Both the position numbers and the translations under genes were made by a program. Source: Camelus ferus (lineage: Eukaryota). From it: 64,000 nucleotides of DNA. Positions 49,961 through 63,221 of this stretch are shown piece after piece. The notes under the pieces were generated by a model, which did no database searches, was not told the origin of the DNA, and saw nothing but the letters and a program-made list of their open reading frames with translations. The stretch is taken from the NCBI RefSeq assembly GCF_009834535.1, contig NC_045696.1:1364001-1428000 (forward strand), in the 5' to 3' direction. Positions within the stretch are counted from its first letter, which is position 1; each line of letters opens with the position of its first letter.

Positions 49961-51399
49961 GTGGAGAGCACCTCTTTCCTCCTGGCTCCTCCAACGTCCC
50001 AGAAAGGACGCCCACTGGTTGGAAATTGACCCGAAGAGACCACCTGTGTCTGGACTGTCCTGAGCCGGGCTGCCTACAGGTCCAGTCCACGTCTTCAGTG
50101 TCCTGTGTGCCCGGTGTCACCATGTCCAGGCTGGTACAGGCAGTTGGCTGTGGCTTTATAATTTTCAGACACATTCCTGCTGTCCCAGTGGAGTTGGCTG
50201 AGTTCAGGTGGAGCAGGAGACGAGACCCCCGGGCTGGCTGGCCCAGGGCAGGGGTGTGGGGAGTGGGGACTCTGGGGCTCCCCCAGTACTGACTTCCCAT
50301 ATCCCCCTGGCTCTTTTCCCATGTCTGTGGGAAATCCATCCCCCTGCCCCGTCCCAGCACTGCCACCCAACCTCAGTACCATAGAGGCATCAGCCAGGCT
50401 CCCCAGGACCTGGGCTGGGGGTCCTCCTCCCTCCTTTCCCCCAGCCCTGCTCCCCAGCCACACTGGGCCACGGCTGAGGGTCCAGGGTCCGCCCTTCCTG
50501 GCAGTCCCCTGGCCCCTGGGGATGGCAGCAGCAGCAGACCCTCGTGGGGGGCTGTGCGAGGACAAGGATCTTGCAGGCTCCTTAGGGTCGGCCGGGAGCA
50601 AGACCTTCCTTGGTGTGGGGCACCAGCAAGAGCCCAGGCGCGCCCATGCTCCTCCCGTAGGTCCCTGCACCCCTGTCACCCCGTGTGGCTCTCTTGGGCT
50701 AAACTGCCTCCCGTCCCAGGGACGGGCAGGGTCCTGCCTGGCCACCCCAGCCCTGCCACCACGATTGGCTCAGGAGAATGAGCATGTGACTCAGCCTTGG
50801 CCAGTGAGCATCTTCCCTGGGACTTAGGCTGGAACCAGGAGAGAGGCGCTGTCTGTTGGGCTTGACCAGCTGGGGGACACGACCCTGGGGCTGGCCAGGA
50901 CCACAGAGAGTGCGGACAGTGGGACGTCACCAGAGCTGGGGAGAAGCAGAGAGATCACCCCCCCCCCCCGGGGCTGAAGCCACACTTGTCCCCAGGGAGC
51001 GCAGCCCCGGCATGGGCCCGGCCGGTCAGCGCAGGGCACGGCAGGTGCGGGCGTCCGGCTCGTGCTCCTCCTGACCGGTCAGGGCAGTGGTGTGGGGCTT
51101 GCCTCTGGGCCAGGGCACACCCCAAACACTGGCGCGCGTAGATACGAGCAGCGTGGATCTGTCAGAGCCTTTGGCAATCGGCAACTGTTCTCTGGTAGAA
51201 GCAGGTGCCAGATTGTTTCACATCACATAATGCATATTTATCATGGAAAAGTGAGAAAACAGGCAAAAACAGAGCGATCTACACCACCCACCGTTCCAGG
51301 GTAACAGCGGTCGGAGCAGTGGCGGCTCCGGCCGCTGCTCGGCATTCTCCCGTGCGGAGACCACGCCTGTCCGTGTCTACACATCAAAGTGGTCCCACT

Positions 51400-51700
51400 C
51401 TACACACGGTTTGTAAGCCCGCTTTTTTTCACCCAGTATGTCATGAATCTTTCTAGGACAACAGATAGTGCTGGCTTCATTTTTAACGGCTATGTGGTAT
51501 TTCACTGTGGAAAGCAATGAAGCTTTAAATAAACGGCCCGTTGTCGTGGGGCGTTTGAGTTTGCTGCCTTTTTCTGGCTTCACTTTGAGCATCTCGCACC
51601 CTGTGCATGCCTGGATCACTCTGCGCACTTACAGTTAGTTTCCTGGAATCAGTGACAGAGCGGAAGAGCTGGCGTGTGTGTGCCTGATAACCACATGAAT
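51400..51700 (-). mobile_element. Old L1 (L1ME-like) 3' fragment
   Basis: GCTTTTTTTCACCCAGTATGTCATGAATCTTTC...TCATTTTTAACGGCTATGTGGTATTTCACTGT. Confidence 0.6.
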
Positions 51701-51917
51701 GTGGCCCAGTGACGTCGCGAGGCAGACGGGGGGGACGGGGCACGGGCTTGTGGGTCTCAGCTCTGCCCCCGCTCGCTCCTGAGACTCCGCGTCTTGAGGG
51801 TGAAATACTGTCTCCCGTGAGAGTCTGTAATTCTAGAACCCCACACATTTTTCACATGGCTGCTGGCTGTTTCTGCTTCCCTCTTGGTGGACGCTTTTCC
51901 CACTTTGAATTGTGGGT

Positions 51918-52150
51918 GTGTCTTGGTTTCATTCCCGCAGGACCAGATCTCCAGTCCAGGATTTGCCTCCAAGTGGCTTATTTGGAAGGCGGTCCCACCT
52001 AGAGAGAGGGGAAGGGAGGCGGACAGAGAAGTGAGCCAGCGAGGGGTCTTACGAGCTGCTTGCCGCTGCCCCACTGGGCTAGGGCGCCCCCTCGACTGGC
52101 CACGGCTTCTCCGGGCATAGTCAAGGCTGCTGGTGGTCAGTGCAGGGACT
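51918..52150. mobile_element. LTR16-like (ERVL) remnant
   Basis: TGTCTTGGTTTCATTCCCGCAGGACCAGATCTCCAGTCCAGGATTTGCCTCCAAGTGGCTTATTTGGAAGGCGGTCCCA. Confidence 0.55.
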
Positions 52151-53819
52151 GGACTCCCCAGGACTCCAGGCCAGCACAGGGCAGGCTGACGGCGAGTGGG
52201 GGTGGCGGCCTGGCCAGGGTCAGCCCACGGCTCCGGTCTGTCTCTTGGTCTGTGTGGTTCAAAATGTTGGCTACATCACATAATATGTCACGAAGGCCAA
52301 GATTCTTGCCTCCCCAAAGTTCTATGCCATCCTATTTTATTCGTGGGATATTTTTAGTCACATCAAAAAATTTTTCAATTCTTAATTTAATTCTGAATCC
52401 TTACAGTGTCTGCCTGTACGACACGCCTAGAGTCTGTCTCCACTCAGAGAGACACGGACACTGTGCGCACTCACTCCTTGTATTTTAATCACCTTGCTTT
52501 ATAAATGAGTGTTTCATCCATTTGGGACTCGGTTTCGTTGAGTCTTTGCTGGTGTTTTGGTAAGAAGTTGGGAAAGGATGCTCGGAGGTCCCGAGGCGGG
52601 GGCATTTTGGACACAAGCAGTCCAATCCTGATCTGGAATCTGTGTCAGAAAATGGGGTAAATCTAGACAAAGGCCAACCAAAGAAGAGCGGTCCCTTTTG
52701 CAAATCATAACAGCAAACAGTTACAGGACAGTGGGCTTTTTCACACAGGCTGTCCTCCTGCCTCGGCCACCCGTGTGGACGTGAGGAGGGGCCTCCAGGC
52801 CCAGCTCTGCCACCTGCCCAGCGGGGGTCAGGGTGCGGCAGGGCCGGGGCTGCCCACGCGGTGCCAGCCCTTCTGAGCAAGGCTGGGCGGTGCCCGCAGA
52901 GCCGCTCGAGGCCGCCCGCCCGAGCTGCTCTGCAGGGGCTGTGCGCTCAGCGGCAAAAACCCTCTTTTAACTCTGGGCTTGGGGACACTTTCTGTAAGTG
53001 GCCGGAAGTCACCGTGTGGGGTTCTGGGGGCCGTGCAATGTCTGGAAGCTTCCCTGAGCACGACTGCCACCGGAGGCTGAATAAATCACAGGAAGGGACG
53101 GGCGGCTGTGTGCCCAGAACCCACAGACAGCAACACTGAATTTCATGAAATTGTCACATCTGCGAGGCTCCCACTGTGTCTCCCATGGGCGCTTCATCTC
53201 GACCCTCATCGGCCCCTCTCCGGGACAGATGCCGAGAACTGGAACCCCCGGGACCGTCTGAAAGCAGAGCTGCACCTGGGGCTGGCGTGCTCCAGGTGCA
53301 GGAGGAGACCCCTGGGGGCCTGTCCCAGCCTCTCTCCTCTTCCCTCCTCTCTCCACCTGCAGGCTGACCCTGGGGTGGACACCACGCGGAGCCACATCCC
53401 CGCAGCACCCAGACAGCAGATGACTCAAGGGTCAGTGACGTGGGGCCATGTGGACCCTGCACGTCTGTCCCAACGCGCTGCTTCTGGAACACAGCCTCGT
53501 CTTCCTGAGTTCAGATGAGATGCCGCGGGCTCCCCAAGACCCTCATCCCTGTGTGCGAGAAACGCTCCCAGGGTTTGCCCCGCTCGACGCTGCAGAGGTC
53601 CTGGGGTGCCTCTGCTGTTCTCCACGTTTTGATGAAATGGGCTTAGCTGCAAGCAGCTTCGCCCTCGGGGCTCATCCCAGCTGCCAAGGATCAGCAGGCA
53701 GACCTCAGGGGCCCAGACGGCATCTGGCCTTGCTGTTCGCAGCTGGGGACAGACCTTCCCACGGAGGGGCGGGCAGAGGCCTGTGTCTGGGGCGGTGCGC
53801 GCAGGCCCGGTGCCAGCAC

Positions 53820-54270
53820 ACTCCGGTTTGTCTGTGTTCTCCTCTGTTTCCTAGACCTTTAGTGTCACACCCCAGAAATCATCGCCAAGCTCAGTGTCAC
53901 GAAGCTTTGGCCCTTGTTTTCCTCTAAGAGTCGTATTGTTTTAGGTCCTACATTGAGGTCTTTGACCCATTTTCAGTTCATTTTTGTGCACACTGTTAGG
54001 TAAAGGTCCCACGCCATTCTTTGGCAGGTGGATGTCCAGTTTTTCCAGCACTGTTTGTTGAAAAGACTGTCTTCCCCTCTGAGCAGTCTTTGCGCTGCTG
54101 TCAAGGCCATCTGGCCGTGTGTGCGAGGGTTTATTTCTGGGCTCCCTGTTCTAGCCTGTTGGTCTGTACGTCTGTCCTTGTGCCAGAACCCCACTGTTTG
54201 ATCACTGTGGCTTTAAAGTATGTTGTGAAATCAGTAAGTGTTTGTCCCCCAACGAGCCCTCTTCTAAGTT
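53820..54270 (-). mobile_element. L1 ORF2 fragment
   Basis: ORF 53973-54194 (WHKDRRTDQ..RTGSPEINP...DSLFNKQCWKNW...LYLTVCTKMN) matches the L1 ORF2 C-terminal region. Confidence 0.88.
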
Positions 54271-54729
54271 TGTCCCAAAAAAGCTGCACCCCTGTGGTGC
54301 AGGGTGAGGCTGTGCAGCCCTGAGAGGTGGCTGGTCTGCAAGGACATTTGGGCCACCCAGCTCGGTACCTGTGTCTCTCCTGGCCTGGACCCCGCCGCCC
54401 CCAGGGCCTTGCGCTGGCTGTTCCACCCCTCTCTTGGCTTCTGACCTCTCACCTCCTCAGTTACCTGCCACATGGTCTCATCCATCGGTCCCCTCTTCCC
54501 GGGACGCTGGCTCTGGGCCCCTGCCGCCCTGCCAGCCCCCTCGCTGCTTCCTTGGCACCCGCGTGTCTCTGTGAGCCATGGCTGTCTGGGCGGTGGGCAT
54601 ACACAGAGAGGCTCAGGGCGGATGTCACAGCTCTTCAGCGTCTCCTTGTCATCTGTCCCGACTGCACACATGCGTCCAGCCGGTGCCTTGGCTTCTGGAT
54701 GATTCTGCTCCGTGGGGTGTTGTCCGTGG

Positions 54730-54910
54730 CTGTTCACTCATTTACTGGGCACTCTGCCAGTGCTGGACAGAGCAGAGGCCACACTGCCGGGCAGGTCACA
54801 GGTGGAAAATACTGGGAGAAGGGTGGAGCGGCTGGGGGTACGGGTGAGGGGGTGGGGCGGGGAAGACCCCTCCGTGGGGTTACATTTGAGCAGTTAGCTG
54901 GAGGAAGACG
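54730..54910 (-). mobile_element. L2 3'-end remnant
   Basis: TTCACTCATTTACTGGGCAC...GGAAGACCCCTCCGTGGGGTTACATTTGAGCAG. Confidence 0.5.
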
Positions 54911-55784
54911 GGGCCAGCCGGCTGACCACCAGGGGCAGTGGGAGTGCGGCGGGGGTGGAGGTGTGAGGTCAGAGGGCGGCAGGTCCCATGGGGCCAGGTT
55001 CTCCTGGGGGTGGGAGCCCTGGGGACGGGCAACTCTGGCTGCTGCACTCGGGATGGGGGGTGGGAGCAAGGGCAGAACAGGGGGCAGCTGGACCCGGGCA
55101 GGCGGCGGGGACAGGGTTCCAGAGTCGTTCCCGAAGGTGGAGCCAGGCTTTGGTTTATCTGCCGTCAGGGTTTTCCAAGGCCCTGCTGTTGCTGATGGCG
55201 CCGTGGACAGTGTCCTTGTCCGTCCCTGGGCGAGGCGCCCAGAGCAGAACTGCTGACATCCGACTGCAGGCGCAGAACATCCTTGTCTCAGGGCCCGGCC
55301 ACTGGCCGTCACCCCGCTGAGCCGGCTGGGCTCGAGGCCAAGCGTCCACTGTGCCCGGGGCTGTCCTTGGTCCTGACCCTCTGACCTTTCCGGGTGCGCC
55401 GTGCTACTGCCCCATCCTCTTTCCTCTTGACACACACAGCGAGGTATCCGGGCAGCACCACTGGCATCCGGGCCACACTGAACGCTGCACTGGGTCCCGA
55501 CAATCTCCAGGAGATCCGTGAATTACGGTTGAGAAGCCCCACCCAACACCGCTGCCTCCCTGACTCTGAGAATCTCCCTCGTGGTTGACAGGCACCCAGG
55601 TGATCTGACACCCAGGTGAGGACCCCCGTTGGAGGAGCGGACGTCCTTGCTGACGCTCCTCCCCTTGCCCACTGCCGGGGGACCCACAGGCGAGGTCTGG
55701 ACCTCTCCTGATGGCCAGCGTCCTCCACTGGGTCCTCCATCCCAGTGCAGAGCCAGGGGCTCCTCCCCGCAGGAGCCTTGATGA

Positions 55785-56120
55785 CGGAGGTCAGCAGAAT
55801 AGAGGCTCTAAGGATGGCCATGTCCCCATCCCTAGAACCAAGGACCCATTAACTTACATGAGGAGGGGACGAAGGCTGCAGTCAGAGGGGAGGTTCTCCT
55901 GGCTGATGGGGTGGGCCCCACACAACGCCAGGCCCTTGACATGGACGGGGAGGCAGGAGAGAGGAGGATGGAGTGGCCTGAGGTGAGGAGGCCTCGCCCG
56001 CACGTGGTTGGCCTTGAGACGGAGAAGGGGGCGCAGGTCAAGGACATCACAGCCACTGGAAGCAGGACGAGGCAGGACGTGGTTCTGCCCTGGAGCCGGC
56101 TCGCAGGCCCGGGCCCCCGG
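55785..56120 (+). mobile_element. MLT1D-like (MaLR) LTR
   Basis: GCAGAATAGAGGCTCTAAGGATGGCCATGTCCCCATCCCTAGAACC...AACTTACATG; CAGCCACTGGAAGCAGGACGAGGCAGGA. Confidence 0.65.
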
Positions 56121-59100
56121 CCTCCAGCACCAGGCAGTGCCTTTGCTTCTCACGGGAACCGGTGGGTCAGGGCTGTGCCATCTGTCCTGGGGTCTGGCCC
56201 CTGTGGGGCTCCCTCTCACCTCCCTCCTCTGGGGCCTCTCTCTGTGTCTCCCACCATCATCCCCACTCCAGCCCAACATACCTGCCCAGAGCCGCGGCCC
56301 AGGACCAGGGCAGGTAGCCCCCACTCCAGGCCTGGGCCCCCAAGGTTTTCCATCCATGACCCACAAACAGGGCCACGTGAAAGGCCAACTCTGGAAATGG
56401 GGGCTGGTAGGGACGGCGGCGTCTCAAGCCAGGGGTGCCCCTCCCCCCAGCCATCCACAGCCTTCAGGAAAGGCTACACCCAGCACCAGACCCGCTGGAA
56501 ACCCTTCAGTGACCTCCCAGACCACAGCCACCACGGCCCTCCATCGGGGAGGCGGGCCCCAGACGGTGGCAGCAGACTTGCAATGGTCTCGGCCCTCCAC
56601 CAGCCCCGCGGCCCCACACGGGCAGTCGCAGGACGAGTGCTCATGGGCCAGGCCAGCCCAGGTGCTCGCCGCTGGCTGTGTAGGCATGAGGCTGAAAGCT
56701 GGGGTCCCCGTGTGGAGGCCGTGGCGACGTGGAGCGACTGACGCAGACGCCCAGGCTCATCCCGTGGAATAGGACGCACATCAGCCCCGTGAGCGGCCGA
56801 ACTGCTCGCGCCCTGGGGAGAGCTCGGTTCTGTTTTACGCAGTCTTCTCAGCCTGTGCACACCACGTGGCGGTTTGTTCTGAGGTCGTCCTAGGATCTCA
56901 GACTCCTTTTCACACAGGCGCCATGGAGTGTGTGCGCCCACTGGCCGCTGTCTCCATGCCACACCTGAGAGCCTCAGTCTCCACCTGCGGAATGGGGGCG
57001 TTGGTGGGGGACGGGTTGGCCACGTCCCCGCTGCCCGGGCACTGACGCCGGGCAAACCGCACTCCCTGAGGCCCACAGGAGCTGCCCACGTGCTCCACCC
57101 TGACCACCCGGCCACCTGGGCTGCTCCCTCCTCAGAGCCCGTCCCTCGTCTGCCTGCAGCACGGTGGCCCACGCCCAGGCCCCAAGGGTCAACCCTGGCA
57201 ACTGAAGTGGGCGACCTGGGAGTCAGTGCGGGAACCAAGCCCCTGGGTTTGCTGCCCACAAAAACCCAGTGGTGAGCAATGGCCTGGCCGGAGCCCCGGC
57301 AGCGACAGAGCCGGGCGTGTGGGAGCCGGAGCAGGGCTGCTTCCCAGCGCCGCCCACCAGGATGCCAGGAACCCAGGGGCCCAAAGAATGTCTGGGAATG
57401 TTGCATGGCAGGCAGGGGTGAGAGTCTGCAGCCAGCGGGGGCGCAGAGAGCTGCAAGGAAAACAGTGTGGCAGATAAGGCCGCGCTCCCTTCCGGGCCTG
57501 CTGCTGACTTTGGCACCGACGGCGCCCACGCCGGGACCTGGCGCCAGGGGACAGGAGGAGACGGGCTGGAGGGACTTAAACCTTCCTCGTCCCGATCCAG
57601 CTTGCAGGGAGGATGCAGGGTTGCTGGGCCCGGACCGACTCCAGGTCCCTCTGCCCCCAGGCGTCCGGGGCTGACACTTATCTGGCAAGAGAAGGTCTCT
57701 GACGCATGTCGGCCTGAGCAGCGGCTGGAGGACAGGACCTGGGAGGCTTGTCTGGACCCAGGGGCCCTCAGCGGGCTCGGGCTGAGCGTGTGCATGGCCA
57801 CCTTGGCCTTTCCTTTCATTACATCTTTATCTGGTCAGAGCTGCACCTGCGCCAGGGGTGGGGCTCGCACAGAACTAACAGAAAGCCCAGTGGTTCCTCC
57901 GCAACGGGCTGGCCTGCAGCCACTGCCATTCTGGGCCAGCAACCCCCCCGGGGGGCCCTCAGCCCCCGCCTGGCCCCCAGGGGTCAGCCTGACGAGGGGG
58001 AGCTGTGCGCAGAGCCCTCAGCCCAGCCCCCGAGCATTTTCCTTCTTTTCTGTCCCCCACCCCCCACGTGAAGAGCTGCCCGCAAGACTGTCCTGTGCCC
58101 CTCCCCACGCCTTGTCAGAGGCCCTGGGACCATCACAGGGTCATCACAGCGGCCACACTCCTTGGTGGTGTCCCCTCCGCCTCCCCCTGGGGCCCCTCTG
58201 CCTTGGTCCCACTGGAGCCCTATCCCCAGTCCCACCTCTGACTCACAGAGCCCATGCGGAGGCCCCTGGGAGCCCACTGCAGCCCCTAGTGACCTGTGTC
58301 CCCGCGGGTGGTCAGGATGGCATAACCCAGGCCCTGTGTGAATGACTGGCCCCCTGAAGCAGGGGACCAGGCATTGCCAACAAGGCCCCCGGCTACGGCC
58401 TGGATAGCCCAGCTGGACGGGCCGGGCTGGGGGGCCGGGCGGGGCAACACTTTGCTTCTTTATCCCCGGCAGCCACAGGCAAAGCAGACGGAGGGGCTGG
58501 GGGCAGCAGCGATGGACTGTCCACACCCCACGGAGGGTGGGGAGGCCCAGCTGCCCAGGGCTGGAGCCGTCACGACCTTGTTGCTGGGGTCTCTATGGGC
58601 TGGTTGCGTTCACTCAGTTGTCGGGGTGGGAGGGGGAACATTAAACAGAAGGAGAAAAAGGTCAAAACCCTTGACCTCTGACCAAGACCCTGGCCTGGAA
58701 TGTCCAGCTCTCAGGACCGGCGCTGGAGAAATGAGGGCACCTGCGGCTGGGAGGAGGGGCTGCGCCTGGGGACGCTCAGACAGCAGCCTGCAGGGGTGCG
58801 GGAGGTAGGGGCGGAGGAGTGGGCGCCACACCAGCGTCCTCTGGGCTCAGCCTCACCCGGCCTCAGTCTGGGGAAGAGCAGCTGCCTTCCCAGCTGGAGG
58901 GGCACAGCCACGCCGCCCTCGTCAGCCGGGGCCCCGCCGCATCAGACGGGCTGCCTGCACACGGCTGTGCTGTCTTCACTCTGGGACGGTGTGAGCTGAG
59001 CTGGGGTGGAGACAACACCCCCGGCCTTGGTAAGCAACCCCCTCCCCACCCCAGGCCAAGTCCAAGACCCCGCGATGGGGTGGAGGGTGCGCTCTACCAA

Positions 59101-59824
59101 CGGCGGCCCTGCGGGCGCCGAGGAGGCCTCCGCCCCACCATGCCTCCCCGCCAGCACTGCCACGGGCACCCCCAACTCCTGCTTCCATCCTGAATCAGTC
59201 CAGACACCCCCAGTCACAGACCCGGGCCCACTCTCTGTGTGTCTCCTGCCCAGACGAGCAGACAGCACCACTGGCCGATGCAACAGAGACAGCCAAGGGA
59301 CTGTGATCAGGCCCGTCTAGGCCAGGCGCCCAGAGGAGTCATCCCTCACACCAGGAATCTGCTTCTTTCTGCGGTGGCTCTCCCTCCAGGGTGGCCCCGA
59401 GGGGACCCCCATGGCTAGTGAGCTCCAGGAACGTAGGGGGTCCCCTTTCCCTGGAGGGTTCCAATGGCTCAGCTCAGGCCACATGACCCTTCTTGATCCG
59501 ATCTCTGACCAGGATGACGTGTCAAGCCTGCCTCACACACCCACGTCTGGGGCCAGAAAAATGGTCAGCCCTGTTCAGATCATGTGGTCTGAATGGGGTC
59601 CCCGGTTAGCCGTCAGACAGAAAAAAAGACTCAAAGTCCACTCCAGGTGTTCATCACTGCATTATTCACAGAGGGAAAATCTGGAAATTACCACCCGTCT
59701 TTCCAAGGGGCTGGGTTAAATGGGCTTGGTCTACGCACCCAGCAGGCGCGGGACGTGCCGAAGTGGTGAGGCTCATAGTGACCCAGCCGGCACTCACACC
59801 GCGACGTGGAAAGACAGGGTGTGC

Positions 59825-59955
59825 GGGGAGGGGAGAGTGCGTGCTTAGCGTGCCCGAGGTCCCGGGATCAATCCCCGGTACTTCTGCTAAATAAATAAAG
59901 CTAATTACCTCCCTCCCCACCAAAAACAAAAAATAAAATCAGTCTATTAAAGAAA
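59825..59955 (+). mobile_element. Vic-1 camelid SINE with internal 5' deletion
   Basis: GGGGAGGGGAGAGTGCGTGCTTAGCGTGCCCGAGGTCCCGGGATCAATCCCCGGTAC...CTAATTACCTCCC...A-rich tail. Confidence 0.85.
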
Positions 59956-61904
59956 AGATCATCACGGAGGCTGCAATGCCATCTTAAAAAAGAAGACAAG
60001 GGGCACCAAATGGCATGAACAGCCGGGTCCCGCGCGTCTGAAAGGCCGCGGGACAAGCCAACACCAGCCCTGACTTCACCAGGGCGGTTGGAATTCCAGT
60101 GAGGTTTATTGTCTTCCCTTGGCCCCTCTACGCTTTCTCAAGTTTCTAAAGGGAACACACATTAATTCTGTAATGAAAGGGAGAGCAAAGCTATTAATAG
60201 CGCGGCAGAGGGGGCCCAGCCCCCGCCCGGCGCCCCTTAGCAGGGGCTGTGGGAACGCGATGCCCTGCTGGTGAGAAGTCCCAGGTCCGCTGGCCAGTAA
60301 CTCAAGGGTGGCGCTGGACCGCCTGGGCCTGGCGCTGCTCGCCCGCGAACTGGTCTTCCTCCAGGCAAAACAGGGGCGGGGCCTCCAGCCAGCCCAAGGG
60401 CTGTCACAAGGCCCCCAACTCTCCAGCCGTAGGACAGTGCCTCACCCCAGGCCTCCCCTGGCCAGGTGGCTCCCCAGCTCCCCGGCTTCCCCGGCGGGGC
60501 TGTCTGTCCCACCTGAGGTTTCATGACAGATGGCCCCCTGGTCACCCACCTGCTGCTGAGGTATGTCAGTGGACCACCCCGCCCCGGCCCTGACACCCCC
60601 ACAGGGGGAGGTCTGGCTGTCTGTCACCAGGAACACACACACTGCCTCCCCTGGGGCTGCACAGCTCAGGGGGCACAGTCTCCCCAGAAGCTAGCTGGCC
60701 GTGGACTCCTGCTTAAAGCCCCTTCCCTGATCACCTCGGCAGCGCCCTGCTGCGCCCCCACACGCATTCGGCAGTCCTTCCAGAGAAATGAAAGCAAGGG
60801 TCCAAGGGCGGGCCTCGTGGGATGCTCCACCTGCTTCCTAATGAGTACATCGCTGTGAAGCAGCCCGACCGCTTACATTTGAGTTTTGCCTCCCTCTGGT
60901 CACGCACTCATCAACAAATGGACAGAGATACTTAATTGGACAGAGAACACAGGGCCAACTGCTAGTCCCACTTCCATGCAGGCTGCTCCCCGGCTGCTGG
61001 ACGGAGCACTTCCCGGGGAGGGGGCTTCTCCACAGGAGCCATCAGGGCCCCAGGCCAGGCTGGGGGGTCTCAGAGGGCTGCGGGTGAATGAGGTCAAGTC
61101 TGCTGTGGTTCCCCGAGCATCTGGCCTCTTGACCTCTCAGAGGCGGGGGGGTCTAGGACCTCCAGAAGACAGGCCACGTTCATGCTGCCAACCAACAGGA
61201 CGGAGAAGCAGGAAGGCGCTCCTTTGAGCTGCGGGCGCTGCAGGGACGGAGAGACAGAGCTCCAGGGCAGCGGGCCCTTGGGGGTGCAGTCCCTTGTCAC
61301 AGCTACTGTGGTGGCGGGCTCTGAGGACTGCGGCCCCCACGGCAGGAAACGGGGTGCCCACCAGCTACAGGGAGCCAGATGACACCCCGAGTGCCAGCGC
61401 AGACCTGCCGCGGTCACGGCCAGGCAGGATCCCGCGTGGCCTCGGGGCTTCTGTGCCCTCTGCGTTGTCTGTTGCTTTAATAGCCCACCTTCCTGGAAGG
61501 AGATATGGCAGAGACAAGGGCTCCCACACTTTGACCCAGAAATTCCTTTTTTAGGATGCGGTCTCATCTACACACAGTGGAAGGGGACCCGGTGGTGGGG
61601 GCGCCATCCCAGCCTCGTGTGGGGTTTTCTCACACAGACAGGCTGCTTCCCCAGGGCCTGGGCAGGTCAAGGTCCCCGGGGCACTCACCAGCCTCTCTGA
61701 GCCCCAAGCTAGCCTGGTGGTGGCAGGAGGCTGGGGTGGGGGTGGGGCCCCCTCTGCTGGGGTGGGCAGAGTAGACTAGGACACACCACACCATCATGGA
61801 CATCAGATGTGCACGCTGCCTATGTGATGCTCAGGTTTTCCTTCACACGTCTCTGCAGGCCTTTGATTTCTTACAGTAAACGTGCCACTTTCTGGTAAAC
61901 TTCC

Positions 61905-63220
61905 TCCTCTAGCCAAGCCGCTGTGACAGGGACTGGATTACTTTCCTACCTGAAACAACCAAAACACAGACAAAACATATGAAACCAGGGTTTTCAAGGC
62001 CCTGGACGTAAGTGACAAAGAGCCACGAAGCCGGAGGTTAGCCCGATGGAAGACCGGCCAGCTGCCTGTGCAGAAGCCAGGCCACGTGCGGGGCGGGGGG
62101 CCGGCCGAGCCTGGTGGGCAGCCTGAGCTTCGGGATGCTGAGCGTCCGGGGAGAGCAAGGCAGGGCAGCGTGCGGCCAGGTGCCAGAGGGGAGCAACCTG
62201 CGTGCTGAGAGCAGGGGAGACACAGGGTCCCCAGGTACGCGGCAGAGGAAAGATTCGCAGAGTAAATTTGTGGTTGGAAGCCTTCCCACAAAGAAAGGAC
62301 CAGGCTTGGATGGTGGCACAGAAATTCTCTCGGACAGTTAAGGCACAGCTCGGAGCAATTCTACCGAAACTTTTCCACAAAACTGAAAAGAAAGGAATTA
62401 TTCCCAAGGCGTTCTATGAGGCCAGCATCCTCCTGATCCACAAATCAGATGAGAAGTCACTAGGGGAAAAAATGCAGACAGGTATCTCTCACGAATGTAG
62501 GTGGAAAATTCTAAACAAGTTTACTAAACTGAATCCAACACTGCATAAAAAAACATAACACATCATAGTTTAGCCCAAGAATTCAGAGTTGATCTAACTT
62601 TCAAAGTTCAATCAGTGCAATGCGCCATGCCACACACTGACAGAACAACGCCGCACACTGACAGAACAACGCGATTCTCTCAGGGGAACAGGAAGAGTGC
62701 CGACAAAATGCAACAATCCCTCTGATAACAGCTCCCAGCGAACTAGAAATAGAAGGAACTTCCTCCTCTTGATAAACGGCATTTACAAAGAGCCTCCAGT
62801 TGACGTCGGCCTCACGGGTGCGGCTGGATGCCCTCCCCTCAGCCCAGGAACAGGACGGGACGTGGGCTCTCGCCACCGCGCCCAGGCTGGGCCGGAAGAA
62901 GGAAATGGAAGGCTGACGTCATGACTGGGGAGGAGGAAGGGGAACGGTCTTCACATGCAGGTGACGTGTCCGTCTACACAGAAGGCCTACTGGCATCTTC
63001 AAAAGACACTTCACTGCTAGAGCTGGTGAGTTACAGCCACAGAATCAAGGTCAACGTGTGAGCCTATGTCGAGCAGTCAGCAACCGGAAACTGAAGGGAA
63101 AAGAATGATGCTATTTATAGTTGAATGAACAGAAACTATTTAAGGATAAATCTGACAAAAGATGTGAAAGACATGCACACATAAATCAACGAAACTTCAC
63201 TGAGAGAAGTTACAGAGGAC
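61905..63220 (+). mobile_element. Old L1: 5'-end piece joined to decayed ORF2 RT region
   Basis: ORF 62202-62558 (ILPKLFHKTEKKGIIPKAFYEASILLIHKSD) is an L1 RT motif; 5' segment homologous to 18100-18195. Confidence 0.85.
62633..62672. repeat. 21-bp-period tandem duplication (CACACTGACAGAACAACGC x2) inside L1
   Basis: Exact copies at 62633-62651 and 62654-62672. Confidence 0.9.
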
Positions 63221-63221
63221 C

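Noticed and set aside
54327..58345. Long ORFs of 250-404 aa (54327, 55911, 56008, 56474, 57467), likewise 36527-37549 and 49324-50292
   Set aside because: No recognisable domains; they run through L2/MLT1/MIR relics and overlap in multiple frames; no coherent exon structure
60308..60526. ORF starting MALDRLGLALLARELVFLQ, resembling a signal peptide
   Set aside because: The start codon is GTG rather than ATG, the hydrophobic core is short and charged, and there are no recognisable downstream exons
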